Shown here: positions 13,144 through 25,099 of the stretch, piece after piece | How positions within the stretch are numbered: position 1 is the stretch's first letter | Layout of the letters: the number at the start of each line of letters is the position of its first letter | NCBI RefSeq assembly: GCF_963921235.1 | Contig: NC_086108.1 | Coordinates: 21,080,001-21,144,000, forward strand | Length of the DNA stretch: 64,000 bases | DNA from: Mobula hypostoma | Lineage: Eukaryota | Reading direction: 5' to 3' | Notes under the pieces: generated by a model | Databases searched by the model: none | What the model saw: only the letters and a program-made list of their open reading frames with translations | What the model was told of the DNA's origin: nothing | Position numbers and translations under genes: made by a program

Positions 13144-13194
13144 AAGAATTTTTAGATTTCTGTCTTTTATTTGATATCATCTATTTAAAATTCC

Positions 13195-14068
13195 AGCAAG
13201 ATGGCGCCAGATTCCAATGGCAATATTTTGCAAACAGCTTACAAAACTACTAAATAATCATTTTCTACATATACTTCTTTTTTTCTTCTTCATCTTCTGC
13301 TTCTTATTATAATTCTGAACTTGGATTGCTGCCTGTAATTTTCCTTTTAAAATTGTATTTTTGGGCTAACTGAACAATCTGGAACTTCTGCAGCTTCCTG
13401 GGGTATTCGACATAGAGTCCAACTACGGCCATCATGGAGGTGTACGCTGCATTGGTTCCTAATGATGGAACACAAATCCGTGGATGGCTCCTCTACTCTG
13501 CAATGCATAAATCATTGAGCAATATTAAAATCTACAAGGATGAGAGTGGGAAATGAACGAGTGTTCAGGTCCATCTGCCTGCATTCGTCCGGTCTCCCTT
13601 TCACTGCTCTGGCAGAAGATGCAGAAGTCTTGGGTCCCATGCTGCAAGATTCGATCGCTTCAGCCACTTGCAGCTCATGGTTGAGGACTCACTTTCGGCT
13701 GTGGTTTGATGTTTAATGTCCTCAACGCCGAACACACTTTACTATTTGCAAGATTTGATGGGGGCGCTTTGGCGTGGAACTGGATCTGTGACTGTGGCTT
13801 GCAGCCATTGACACAGCACTGAACAGACTGACTTGGTAAATGTGGCTGCTGGCAGCTTCTGGACCGGCATCACTTGCCCCGGAGGCTTGTGGCTGCGGGC
13901 TCACTTTTGGGGACTCTGTGATTTGATGATTAATGTCTTGTGTTGTATTTGTTCACTTTCTGTAGTTTGCACAATTTTTTCTTTTTTTGCACATTTGATG
14001 CTGCCTCCAAGAAGACGAATCACAAGGTTGTATACTGTATACATACTTTGATAATAAATAAACTTTGA
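13195..14068 (+). mobile_element. Non-coding retroposon-like element (AAGATGGCG head, Rex1-type 3' tail)
   Basis: Starts caagatggcgcc and ends catactttgataataaataaactttga, the same tail found in reverse at 10768, 14547, 20943 and 38599. Confidence 0.55.
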
Positions 14069-14546
14069 AAATAACAATTGAAATCATGAATCAAGATGCA
14101 GTTTAAAACAGAATATGGAGTCACAGGAAAACAAAGACCAGTTGAATGCTCCCTTAACAAAAACCAAAAAAATGGAAGCGATGACTTCACTTGGAAAAAG
14201 TAGGGCACTGTGACAGGAAGAGTTCATGTAGTTTTACTAATGTTACTGTAAGGACATTTTTTAAATGTTTTAATACATTTGAAAAGGTTGTAATGTTCTC
14301 AATAAGAGACATAAGAAATTTTAGGGTAAAGGATATTAGTACTAGAAATGCATATTAAAAACAGAACATTCCAGAAAAAACAAGTTGATGTGTGCAACAT
14401 GTACAACAAAGTTAACTATTCAGATTGGTGATCATTCATCAGAACTAGGATTCAACCGTTTTTTTGATAAAAATCAAACTGAGGGAACTGTTTCGTAAAG
14501 AGGAGTAGAACATGTAATTCACTTTACAGATATCTGTGGGATACCT

Positions 14547-15280
14547 CAAAGTTCAAAGTAAATTTATTACCAAATTACACATGTCACCATATTCAACCTG
14601 AGATTCATTTTCCTGCGGGCATATGCACTAAATCCAATAACCATAATAGATTCAATGAAAGACCACATGAACTGGGCATTCAACCAGTGTGCAAAAGACC
14701 ACAAACAGTGCAAATAGAAAAAGAAAAAAGAATTAGTTAATTGATTAATGGATGAATGAACAAATGAATGAATAACTAACTAAATAGAAAATATCGAGAA
14801 CATGATGACAAGTGAGTTCATGGGAACATTTCAGTGATGGAGAAAGTGAAGTTATCTCCTTTGGTTCAAGAGCCTGAATCTTGTGTGAGTCCTGAGGCTC
14901 TTGTACCTTCTTCCTGATGGTAGCAACGAGAAGACAGCATAACCCAGGCAGTGGGGTTCCCTGGTGATGGATGCTGCTTTCCTGCAACAATGCTCTGTGT
15001 AGATGTGCAAACATGGGGAGGACTTTACCCATGATGGACTGGGCATATCCACTACTTTTTGTTGGATTTTCTGTCCAAAGGTATTGGTGTTTCCATACCA
15101 GGCTGTGATACAGTCTGTCGATATACTCTCCACCACACGTTTATAGAAGTTTGTCAAAGTTTTAGATGTTATGCTGAATCTTCGCAAGGAATTAAAATCT
15201 TCCTAAAGAAGTAGAAGCCCCGTCATACTTTCTTCGTAATTGCACTTATGTGCTGAGCCCAGGACAGGTACCTTGAAATG
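14547..15280 (-). mobile_element. Rex1/Babar-type LINE 3' fragment
   Basis: LTNFYKRVVESISTDCITAWYGN and LLPSGRRYKSLRT; tail tcaaagttcaaagtaaatttatt. Confidence 0.8.
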
Positions 15281-15549
15281 GTCCTCATCAATGTACCTAC
15301 GGCTCAAGGATAATTGGTATTACACTAAAGCTTACGAAGGAAAAATAACTCTTCACAAGCTATGATGAGTGACTGACTGATTTAGATAACAGCATGACAT
15401 TATAGACTGATGAGATTTTTGTGAAGGTAACTTAGAACAATTCAGGATCTATAATGACTCTCCATGTTATATGGCTGGCTTTGAAAAACATATAACTTTT
15501 GACTTTCTTAACTATCTAATTTTTTCTATGCTATCTTCCTCTAGTGTAG

Positions 15550-16075
15550 CATATCTTTATCAATACACCATCAAAAGCATTCTGTCTGGACACATAATGG
15601 CTTGGTATGGCAACTGCTGTGCATGTAATCGCCAGAAACTGCAGAAAGTTGTGGACACAGCTCAGCACGTCAGAATCACCAGCCTCACCTCTATGGATTC
15701 TGTCTGTACTTCTTACTGTTTCAGTCAAGCAGCCAGCATAATCAAAGACCCCACCAGGCAGAAGGTACAAAAACCTGAAAGCGTGTACCGCTACGCTCAA
15801 GAATAGCTTCTATCTAACCGTTACCAGACTTTTGAATGGAGCTCTTATATGCTAAAATGGACTCTAGGTCTCACCCTTTACCTCATTATGATCTTGCACT
15901 TCATCATTTACCTGTACTGCACTTTTTCAGTAGCTTTTACACATTATTCTGCATTATTATTAATTTACCTATTCTAGCTCGATGCACTGTGTAATGATTT
16001 GATATGTATAAACGGTATGTAAGACAAGCTTCTCACTGTACCTTGCGACATGTGACAAAAATATACCAATACCAA
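15550..16075 (+). mobile_element. Rex1/Babar-type LINE 3' fragment
   Basis: IKSILSGHIMAWYGNCCACNRQKLQKVVDTAQH, followed by 3' UTR and tail. Confidence 0.75.
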
Positions 16076-16524
16076 TATTAGCAAGGATAAATACAAGAGA
16101 TCCTGCAGATGCTGGAAATCCAGAGTAACACACACAGAATGCTGGAGGAACTCAGCAAGTCAAGCAGCATTGATGGAGAGGAATAAGCAGCTGACATTTC
16201 AGGCTGAGCCCCTTCATCAAGACTGGAAAGGAAGGGGGAAGAAGCCATAATAACAAGGTGGGAGGAGGGGAATGGTTACAAGCTGAAAGGTGATGGGGGA
16301 AAGGAAGATGAAGTGAGAAGCTGGGACTTGATAGGTGGAAATGGTAAAGAGCTGAAGAAGAAGAAGAGGAATCTGATAGGAGAGAAGAGTGTCCATGGGA
16401 GAAAAGGAAGAAGGTGGAGAACCAGAGCGAGGTGAGAGGCAGGTGAAGAGAAAAGAAGGGTTAAGAAGGGAGCTAGAATGGGAAATGGAAAAAGAGAGGT
16501 GGGAAGCGGGGGGGAATTGCCAGA

Positions 16525-17328
16525 ATAGATAGATAGATATACTTTATTAATCCCGAGGGAAATTTGGTTTCGTTACAGCTGCACCAACCAAGAATAGAGC
16601 GTAAATATAGCAATACAAAAAACCCCAACAATCAAACACCAAAATGCAAACTATGCCAGGTGGAAAATAAGTCCAGGACCAGTCTATTGGCTCAGGGTGT
16701 CTGACCCTCCACAGGAGGAGCTGCAAGTTCGATGGCCACAGGCAGGAACGACCTCCCGTGCCGCCAAGTGTTGTATCACGGTGGAATGTGGCCAAAGTCC
16801 AACAGTAAAAAGTTCAATATCCAGTCTGAAAACACGTTCCTCAATCGTAATACACCCCAGATTGCACCATCAGTTGTTAGCCAGAACAGTAAGCACCCAA
16901 CTCCTTTACGCTTACCGCTCTCAGTGCACTTCTGGTCAGCCGGAACGGTATTACCCACCGAACTCCTCTTCTCCAAAAGTCTCTGTTGTCTCGACCCGGT
17001 CCTCTTTCCTCGGCTTTGTGATCCTCCTCTGTGTGTTTTCCTCCGGATTTCAGCAGGGGTGTCCAGCGCTCTGTTCACTAAGCCGGCCGATCTTTGCTGG
17101 TCCGTGGAATACACAATGCGACCTTGCTTCTGTCCCGCGTGTCGGGATGTAACCATTTCCAGCGCTAAAGAAAACCCAAATAAAACTCTCTCTACCAGCA
17201 TGTTAGAGAGGGTGCCGCTTCGACGTGTTACCGTGAGAAAAAAAAAATAACGTAAATTAAAAAGTAAGAAGAAGAAAGTAAGAATAGATCGGAACGGCTG
17301 TACCAGGCTGCATGCCGGCGCATACGCA
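16525..17328 (-). mobile_element. Internally deleted Rex1/Babar-like element retaining both ends
   Basis: 3' tail (agat)n-tactttattaatcccgagggaaattt. Minus-strand ORF has the N-terminal IVYSTDQ...RRKTHRG and the endonuclease remnant ADQKCTESGKRKG, but no RT. Confidence 0.6.
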
Positions 17329-19248
17329 CAAAGGTAGAGAAATCGATGTTCATGCCGTCAGGTAGGATGTTACCCAGATGGAACATGAGGTGTTGTTCCT
17401 CCAACCTGAGATTGGCCTCATTGTGGCAATAGAGGACATGTTGGAATGGAAATAGCCAGTGGGAAATCCTGCTTAATGCAGACAGAATGAAGGTGCTCAA
17501 CAAAGCAGTCTCCAATCTACATCATGGTTCACTGATGTAGAGGAGGCCGCACTGAGCACCAGATACAGTAGATAACCCAAACAGACACTAAGGTGTATTG
17601 GCTCACCTGGAAGGACTGTTTGGTGGAGATGGAGAAGGTGAATAGACAGGCGTAGCACTTCTTCCACTTGCAGTGATGTATCAGGAGGGAGATCGGTGGG
17701 GAGGATGAATGGACAGGGGAATCATGGAGAGAGTGATTCCTGCAGTGTGTTGGCGAGGTAAAGGTATGTTTGGTGGTAGGGTCCTTTTGAAGATGTGGTA
17801 AGTTGCAGAGAATGATGTGCCAGATGTGGAGGCTTGTGGGGTGGTAGGTAAGGTCAAGATCAACTCTGTCACTGTTAAGGCAGCAGAAAGATGGGGTGAG
17901 GACAGACGTGTGAAATGGAAGAGATGCAGATAAGGACAGCATTGATAGTGAGGGAAGGAAAGCCCCTTTCTTTGAAGAAGGAGGACACCTCATTACTTCT
18001 GGACTGAAAAGCCTCACCCTGATTGCAGATATGGCAGAGAAGGAGAAATTGAGAGAAGGGGATGGCATTTTTACAAGTGGCAGGTGGGAAGAAGTATAAT
18101 CCAGGTAGGTTTATAAAATATATCAGATGGGACGGGTTCTCCGGACCTGTGCAAGCGAGCTAGCTGGAGTGCTTGCTGACATCTTCAACTGCTCCTTGCT
18201 TCAGTCTAAGATCCCCTCATGTTTTAAAAAGGCAACGATAATCCCAGTGCCGAAGAAGAGCAAGGTGGCATGCCTGAATGACTATCGACCCGTGGCTCTG
18301 ACATCAATTGCTATGAAGTGTTTCGAGAGATTGGTTATGGCACACATCAACCACAGCCTACCGGTCAACCTCAACACTTTGCAATTCGCCTACCGGAGCA
18401 ACAGGTCAACGGCTGATGCCATCTCTCTGGCCCTACATTCCTCCTTATAACACCTGGAGAATAAAGACGCATATGTAAGGCTCCTTTTCATTGACTACAG
18501 CTCTGCCTTTAATACTATCATTCTAAATAAGCTGATTCCTAAGCTCTGGAACCTGGGCCTTAGCACTCAGATCTGCAGCTGGATCTTCAACTTCCTCACA
18601 GACAGGACCCAGGCTGTAAAAATAGGAGACAAGCTCTCCTCTCAATCATTCTGAGCACCGGTGCCCCACAAGGCTGTGTACTCAGTCCCCTGCTGTACTC
18701 ACTGTACACCCATGATTGTGTAGCCAAGTTTCCAGCAAACTCAATATATAAGTTTGCTGATGACACAACAATTGTAGGCCGTATCTCGGGTAATGATGAG
18801 GTTGAGTACAGAGAGGAAATTAAGAACCTGGTGGCATGGTGCGAAGACAATAACCTATCCCTCAATGTCAACAAGACGAAGGAATTGGTTGTTGACTTCA
18901 GAAGGAGTAGCGGACCGTACGACCCAATTTACATTGATGGTGCGCAAGTGGAACAGGTCAAAAGCTTTAAGGACCTTGGGGTCAATATCACAAATGACCT
19001 GACTTGGTCCAACCAAGCAGAGTTCACTGCCAAGAAGGCCTACCAGCACCTTTACTTGCTGAGAAAACTAAAGAAATTTGGCCTGCCCCTAAAACCCTCA
19101 CTAATTTTTATAGATGCACCGTAGAAAGCATTCTTCTAGGGTGCATCACAACCTGGTATGGAAGCTGTCCTGTCCAAGACCGAAAGAAGTTGCAGAAGAT
19201 CGTGAACACGGCACAGCACATCACACAAACTAATCTTCCATCCTTGGA

Positions 19249-19458
19249 GCAACACACATCAAAGTTGCTGGTGAGCATCTCTAGGAAGAGGTACAGTCGA
19301 CGTTTCAGGCCGAGACCCTTTGTCAGACTACAGTCGACGTTTCAGGCTGAGACCCTTCATCAGGACCTCTTCCTAGAGATGCTGCCTGGCCTGCTGCATT
19401 CATCAGCAACTTTGATGTGTGTTGCTTGAATTTCCAGCATCTGCAGAATTTCTGTTGT
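19249..19458. mobile_element. Penelope-derived fold-back mini-element with tandem hammerhead motifs and a 13-bp TSD
   Basis: TSD ttccatccttgga at 19236-19248 and 19459-19471; perfect 19-bp inverted arms at 19274-19292 and 19365-19383, plus outer ~26-bp arms. Confidence 0.88.
19331..19366 (-). ncRNA. Minimal type I hammerhead ribozyme motif (Penelope-associated)
   Basis: Minus strand reads ggtc-CTGATGA-agggtctcagcct-GAAA-c-GTC-gactg: intact core, stem I ggtc/gact, short stem II, palindromic ACGT stem III. Confidence 0.75.
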
Positions 19459-20942
19459 TTCCATCCTTGGACTCACTTTACACAGCACGCTGTCAGAGCA
19501 GTGCTGCCAGGATAATCAAGGACACGACCCACCCAGCCAACACACTTTTCATCCCTCTTCCTTCCGGGAGAAGGCTCAGGAGCTTGAAGACTTGTACGGC
19601 CAGATTTGGGAACAGCTTCTTTCCAACTGTGATAAGACTGCGGAATGGATCCTGACCTGGATCTGGGCCATACCTTCCAAATATCCGGACCTGCCTCTTG
19701 GTTTTTTTGCACTACCTTACTTTCTATTTTTCTATTTTCTATTTATGATTTATAATTTACATTTTTAATATTTACTAATCTTTAATATTTTTAATATTTA
19801 ATATTTGTAATCCAGGGAGCGGGAAGCGCAGAATCAAATATCGCTGTGATGATTGTACGTTCTAGTATCAATTGTTTGGCAACAATAAAGTATAAAGTAT
19901 GAAGTGGATAAACCGTCTCCATTTATAGAGAAAGAGAGATCCAGAAAGGGGAGGAAGGTGGCAAAAATGGACCAGGTAAATTTGAGGGCTCTGATTTCTT
20001 AAATCTGCCCTCAACAGAGGGCAGAGGAACTGAGAAAAGGGATGGCATTTTTACAAGTGGCAGTGTGGGTAGAAATATAGTCCAGATAGCTGTGAGAGTC
20101 AGTAGGTTTATAAAAGATATTAGCGGACAGTCTGTCTTCAAAGATGGAGACATAGAGATCGAGAAGGGAGTTAGAGTTGGCAGAATTGGATCATATGCAT
20201 TTAAAGGCAGAGAGGAAGTTGGAGGCAAAGTTGATTTTAAGAAATTGACAAACTCATCTTGGGTTCCTCTGATACCACAGTTCCATATCTTTCCTGGGAA
20301 CATGTCTTTGCTGCCATCTTGGGTCACATGGCTTCCAGATAAGTTTTCAAGCTTCTCAATTCAGGCCTTCTGAGGACTCCAGGAATTAACATTCAATTGA
20401 CTGCTTCTCCCGCCATGTTCTACGTGCCATGTTTTCGGCAATGAGGAGGTACCTGGTGCCCTATCCCAGTCACTTCCATATCTCTCTCTCTCTGCCACCT
20501 GTAATGGACCTGACTGATACTTCATCCTATCCTGGGCCCACATTTTCAATCATCAGTTCTTCACCTTTCTCACACCCAAAAAGGATCAGAAGATTGCCTG
20601 CCTACAGACTACAGAACCTGCCATCTCCAACGCCGGCAGCCACAGATGTAACCACATTGTGATCCCTGCTGCCAATCTCAATGGTTTTAATGATCCCAAG
20701 CAGATTCAGAACCTGGACTCCACCGCCATCAATGCGGGTTCCAACAACCCCGGACACCTTCAAAGTGCCTATTGCACAGCCTCCAATTTTGGCTCCAGCC
20801 AGGATGTTGACCAACAGCACCTCCAGGTCGGAACTTTAATGCTGGAACCCTAGTTTCCCTTCCCCCCCACCACCATCACTCTGCAATCCCACGTCTCTCA
20901 GGTCCCTCCGCCAGCTCTTGGGTCTTCGGGTCTCTATCTTAC

Positions 20943-22705
20943 TCAAAGTTCAAAGTAAAATTTATTATCAGAGTACATACATGTCACCACATACAACCCC
21001 AAGGTGCTTTTTCTGCAGACATACTTAGCAAATCTATAGAAAAGTAACTGTAAACTGTAAACATCGGGAACTGTTAACTGTAAACAAACTGTGCAAATGT
21101 AGATATAAATAAATAGGAATAAATAATGAGCATGAAATAAACAATATAACAGAATCGTTAAATGAGTGTAGATATCCCCTTTTGTTCAAGAGCTGAGCAT
21201 TGCCTGGGTGGTGAGGATATTTGATGATGCTTTTTTACAGCTGCGTTTCATGTGGATGTGCTCAATGGTTGGGAAGGTTTTACCCGTGACGTACTGGGCC
21301 TAATCCACTACCTTTTGTTGGATTTTCCGCTCAAAGGCACTGGTGTTCCCATACCAGGCCATAATACAGCCAGTCAGCACGGTTTTCACCACATATCTAT
21401 AGAAGTTTGCCAAAGTTTTCGATGACATGCCAAACCTCCACAGATTCCTGATGACCGTCATGCTTTCTTCGCAATAATATTTATATGATGGGTCCAAGAC
21501 AGGTCTTTTAAGATAGTGACACCCAGGAATTTAAAGTTACTGACCCTCCCCACCTCTGATCCTCCGATGATTACTGACTCATGCACCTCTGGTTTCCCTC
21601 GTTTGAAGTCTACAATCAGTTCCTTGGTCTTATTGGTTAACACCGGCTCCCAAACGGACAGACTCACTCCTGCCCCTTCCCAGCCACTCTTCAATTAGAA
21701 GTGTGAAGAGAACAACATCAGCTATACGAAACAACATTGACATGGAGTGCGAGGTTGTTATTATAAAACCTTTTGGCCAAGTTTTCAATCTCCCCCCTGT
21801 ATGTTGATTCATCACCCCCTTTGATATAGCCCACCACAGTGGTGTTATCAGCAAACTTGTATATGGTATTGGAGCTGTACTTAGCCACACAATCATAGGT
21901 ATAAAGCAAACAGAGCAGGGGGCTGTACACATCCTTGCGGTGCTCCTGTGCTGATGGAGATATGGAGATTGTGGAGGAGATGTTTTTGCCAATCCAAACT
22001 GACTGGGGTCTACAAATGAGGAAATCTAGGATCCAATTGCACAAGGGGGTATTGAGGTTGAGGCCCGGATCTTGAACTTTACTAATTAGTTTTGAGGGAA
22101 TGATGGTGTTTTGAATTCCGAGCTGTAATCGATAAAGAGCATCCTGACGTATACAACTTTGCTGTCCAGATGTTCCAGGGTTGTGTGAAGAGCCAACAAG
22201 TTAACATCTGCTGTAGATCTGTTGCTTTGGTAGGTGAGTTGGAGTGGATCCATGTCACCATTCAGACAGCAACTGATAGGCTTCAACACCAGCCTCTCAA
22301 AGCATTTCATCACTGCGGATGTAAGTGCCACTGTGTGATAGTCATTCAGATAGGTTACCGTGCTCTTCTTGGGCACCAGTACAATTGAAGCAGGTGGGTA
22401 ACACATACCTCCAGAGCGAGAGGTTGAAAATATCTGTGAATACACCAACCAGCTGCTCAGCGCAAGTCTTCAGTACTTGGCCAGGTACTTCATCTAGACT
22501 GGATGCTTTCCTTGGATTCACTCTCTTGAAGGCAGCCAGCACATCATCTTCAGATACTGAGATCAAAGGATCATTGGGAGACATGAGTGTGCACGATGTT
22601 TCCTCACTGTTCTGGTGGTCAAAGGGAGCATAGGAGGCATTGAGCTCATCTGGAAGCAAAGCTCTGCTGTCCCCTATGTCACAAGATTTAACTTTGTAGT
22701 AGGTT
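20943..22705 (-). mobile_element. Decayed Rex1/Babar LINE
   Basis: [42 protein letters not shown] and YKFADNTT; tail at 20943. Confidence 0.85.
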
Positions 22706-24720
22706 GTGGCCACCGTCATTGAACACCCCAACCCTCCCCTCTCCTCAGACACTGCCAACCCTTTTCCTACCTCTGAGGCCAGCTCTCATCCATGCCGGGT
22801 CTTCTCAATTCTTTCTGACCTTCCCCCCTCTGACACAGAACCTTCAGTCCTCAGAAAGGGCCTCACCTTTATCCCCCTGCGCCCACATCTCGGTGAGTTC
22901 TGTGCCTGCCATAACATTGAGCTCTACTTCCATCTCCATTTTACACTCTCTTTGCACTAATCCTAACCTCTCCATCAAACCCGCAGATAAGAGAAGTGCT
23001 GTAGTAGTCTTGTGGACTGATTTCTACCTTGCTGAAGCCAGGTGACTACCCTCAGACACCTCCTCTTATTTACCCCTTGAACAGGACCTCACTAAGGAGC
23101 ACCAGGCCATTGTCACCTGCACCATCACTGACCTTATTAACTCTGGGGATCTCCCATACACTGCCACCAACACCATAGTTCCCACACCCCACACATCGCG
23201 TTTCTACCTCCTACTAAACAACCATAAGCCTGCCTGTCCAGGTAGACCCATTGCTTCTGCTTGTTCCTGCCCACCGAACTTATATCTGCAGATCTTGACT
23301 CTGTTTTATCAACACCCCCAACCAGTTCAGTCCCTTCAAATCTACATCTGTGACACTTCACATGCTCTTGATCTTTTCAATGACTTCAAGTTCCCTGGCC
23401 CTGGTCATCTCATTTTTACTATGGATGTCCGAGCCATATATACCTATATCTCCTCATCAGGAAGACCTCAAAGCTCTCTGCTTCTTTCTGGACACCAGAC
23501 CCAACCAGTTCCATTCCACCACCACTCTACTGCATCTGGTGGAACTGGTCCTCACTCTCAATAACTTCTCCTTTGACCCCTCCCACTTCCTTCAAACAAA
23601 AGGTGTAGCCATGGGCACTCGCATGGGTCCCAGCTATGCCTGCCTTTTTGAAGGCTACATGAAACAGTCTATGTTGTAGAACTACACCAGTATTACTCCC
23701 CAACTTTTCCTATGCTACATCAATGATGCATTGATAATGCTTCCTGCACCCATGCCTAGCTCATTGACTTCCTCAATTTACCTCAAACTTCCACCCTGCT
23801 CTCAGATTTTACCTAGTCCATTTCCAACACCTCCCTCCCCTTTCTTGATCTCTCTATCTCTATCTCTGGAGACAGTTTATCTGCTGAAACCCACTGATTC
23901 TGACAGCTACCTGGACTATATCTCTTCCCACACTGTCACATATAAAAACGCTGTCCCCTTCTCTCAATTCCTCAGTCTCTGCCGCATCTACTTGCTGGAT
24001 AAGGCTTTTTATTCCAGAACTAATGAGATGTCCTTCCTCTTCAAAGAGAGGGGCTTTCCTTACTCCAACATCAAAGCTGCCGTCATCAGCATCTCTTCCA
24101 TTTCATGCACATCTGCCCTCACCCCATTCTCCCACCACCCCAGCAGGGATAGGGATCCTCTTGTCCTCACCTACCACCCTACATCCAGCACATAATTCTG
24201 CATAACTTATGCCATCCCCTACAGGATCCCACCCCCAAGCACATCTTCTCTCCCCCACCCCCGGCACTTTTCACCTTGCACAGGGATCACTCCCTTTGCA
24301 GCTCCCTTGTCCCTCGCTGTGCTCCTTCCTGGTACTTATCCTTGCAAGTGGAACAAGTGCCACACCTCCTCCCTCGGTAGCATTCAGTGCCCCAAGCAGT
24401 CCTTTCAGGTGAGGTGACACTTCACTTGTGAGTCTGTTGGTGCTCCCAGTATAACCTCCTGTGTATCGGTGAGACCTGACATAGGGAGACTGCTTCACCA
24501 AGCACGTACGCTCCATCTGCTAGAAAAAGTGTATTCTCCTGGTGTCAACCCATTTTAATTCCACTTCCCATTCCTATTCCCATCTCCTATCACCTACTAC
24601 CTTGCACTTCTTCCTCCCCTCTCCCCACCTTCTTACCTTGACTTCTCATCTCTTTTTTCCAGTCCTCCTGAAACATTGACTGTACTCTTTTCCATAGATG
24701 CTGCCTGGCCCCTGTGTGTG
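22705..24720 (+). mobile_element. Penelope-like retroelement (RT and GIY-YIG remnants), decayed
   Basis: LSIKPADK, IFTMDVRAIYT and FLQTKGVAMGTRMGPSYACLF motifs; ends in the terminal repeat. Confidence 0.88.
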
Positions 24721-25099
24721 ACTACGTACATATCGAGGAGCAAAAAAATGGTGTTGGAGAAATTCAGCAAGCCAAGGGGGGAGTTGTTGAGATTTTAGGT
24801 CAGGACCTATATCACAATTGACATGATGTCAAGGCACTGTTTCCAAGACTAGGGGTGTGATTTCAGAATAATGGGTTGGTCATTTAGATCTGGAGGGAAA
24901 TTTACTTACACAGTAATCATTGTAATTCTCAACCAGAGATTTCAATATTCAGTCATTGTGTTAATTCAACATTGAATTTGATACAATTTTGGATGATAGG
25001 GGACTCACAGGAAAGGGTGAACATTAATGTGTTTCTTATGTCCAGGGACTCAAATTCAGATTGGTGGAACTATTCCAACTGCCCAAAATCATGTAACTT

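Larger units (their letters stand above)
18125..19899 (+). mobile_element. Rex1/Babar LINE, 5'-truncated
   Basis: [17 protein letters not shown]...[31 protein letters not shown] and KFADDT; tail aataaagtataaagtat; few disruptions. Confidence 0.9.
16090..20940 (-). mobile_element. Penelope-like element split into three pieces (~16090-16523, 17330-18122, 19900-20940) by two LINE insertions
   Basis: Terminal repeat with a hammerhead remnant at 16190-16225; CHNEANLRLEEQHLMFHLGNILPDGMNIDFS; LTYHPTSLHIWHIILCN; the pieces continue collinearly across the inserts. Confidence 0.75.
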
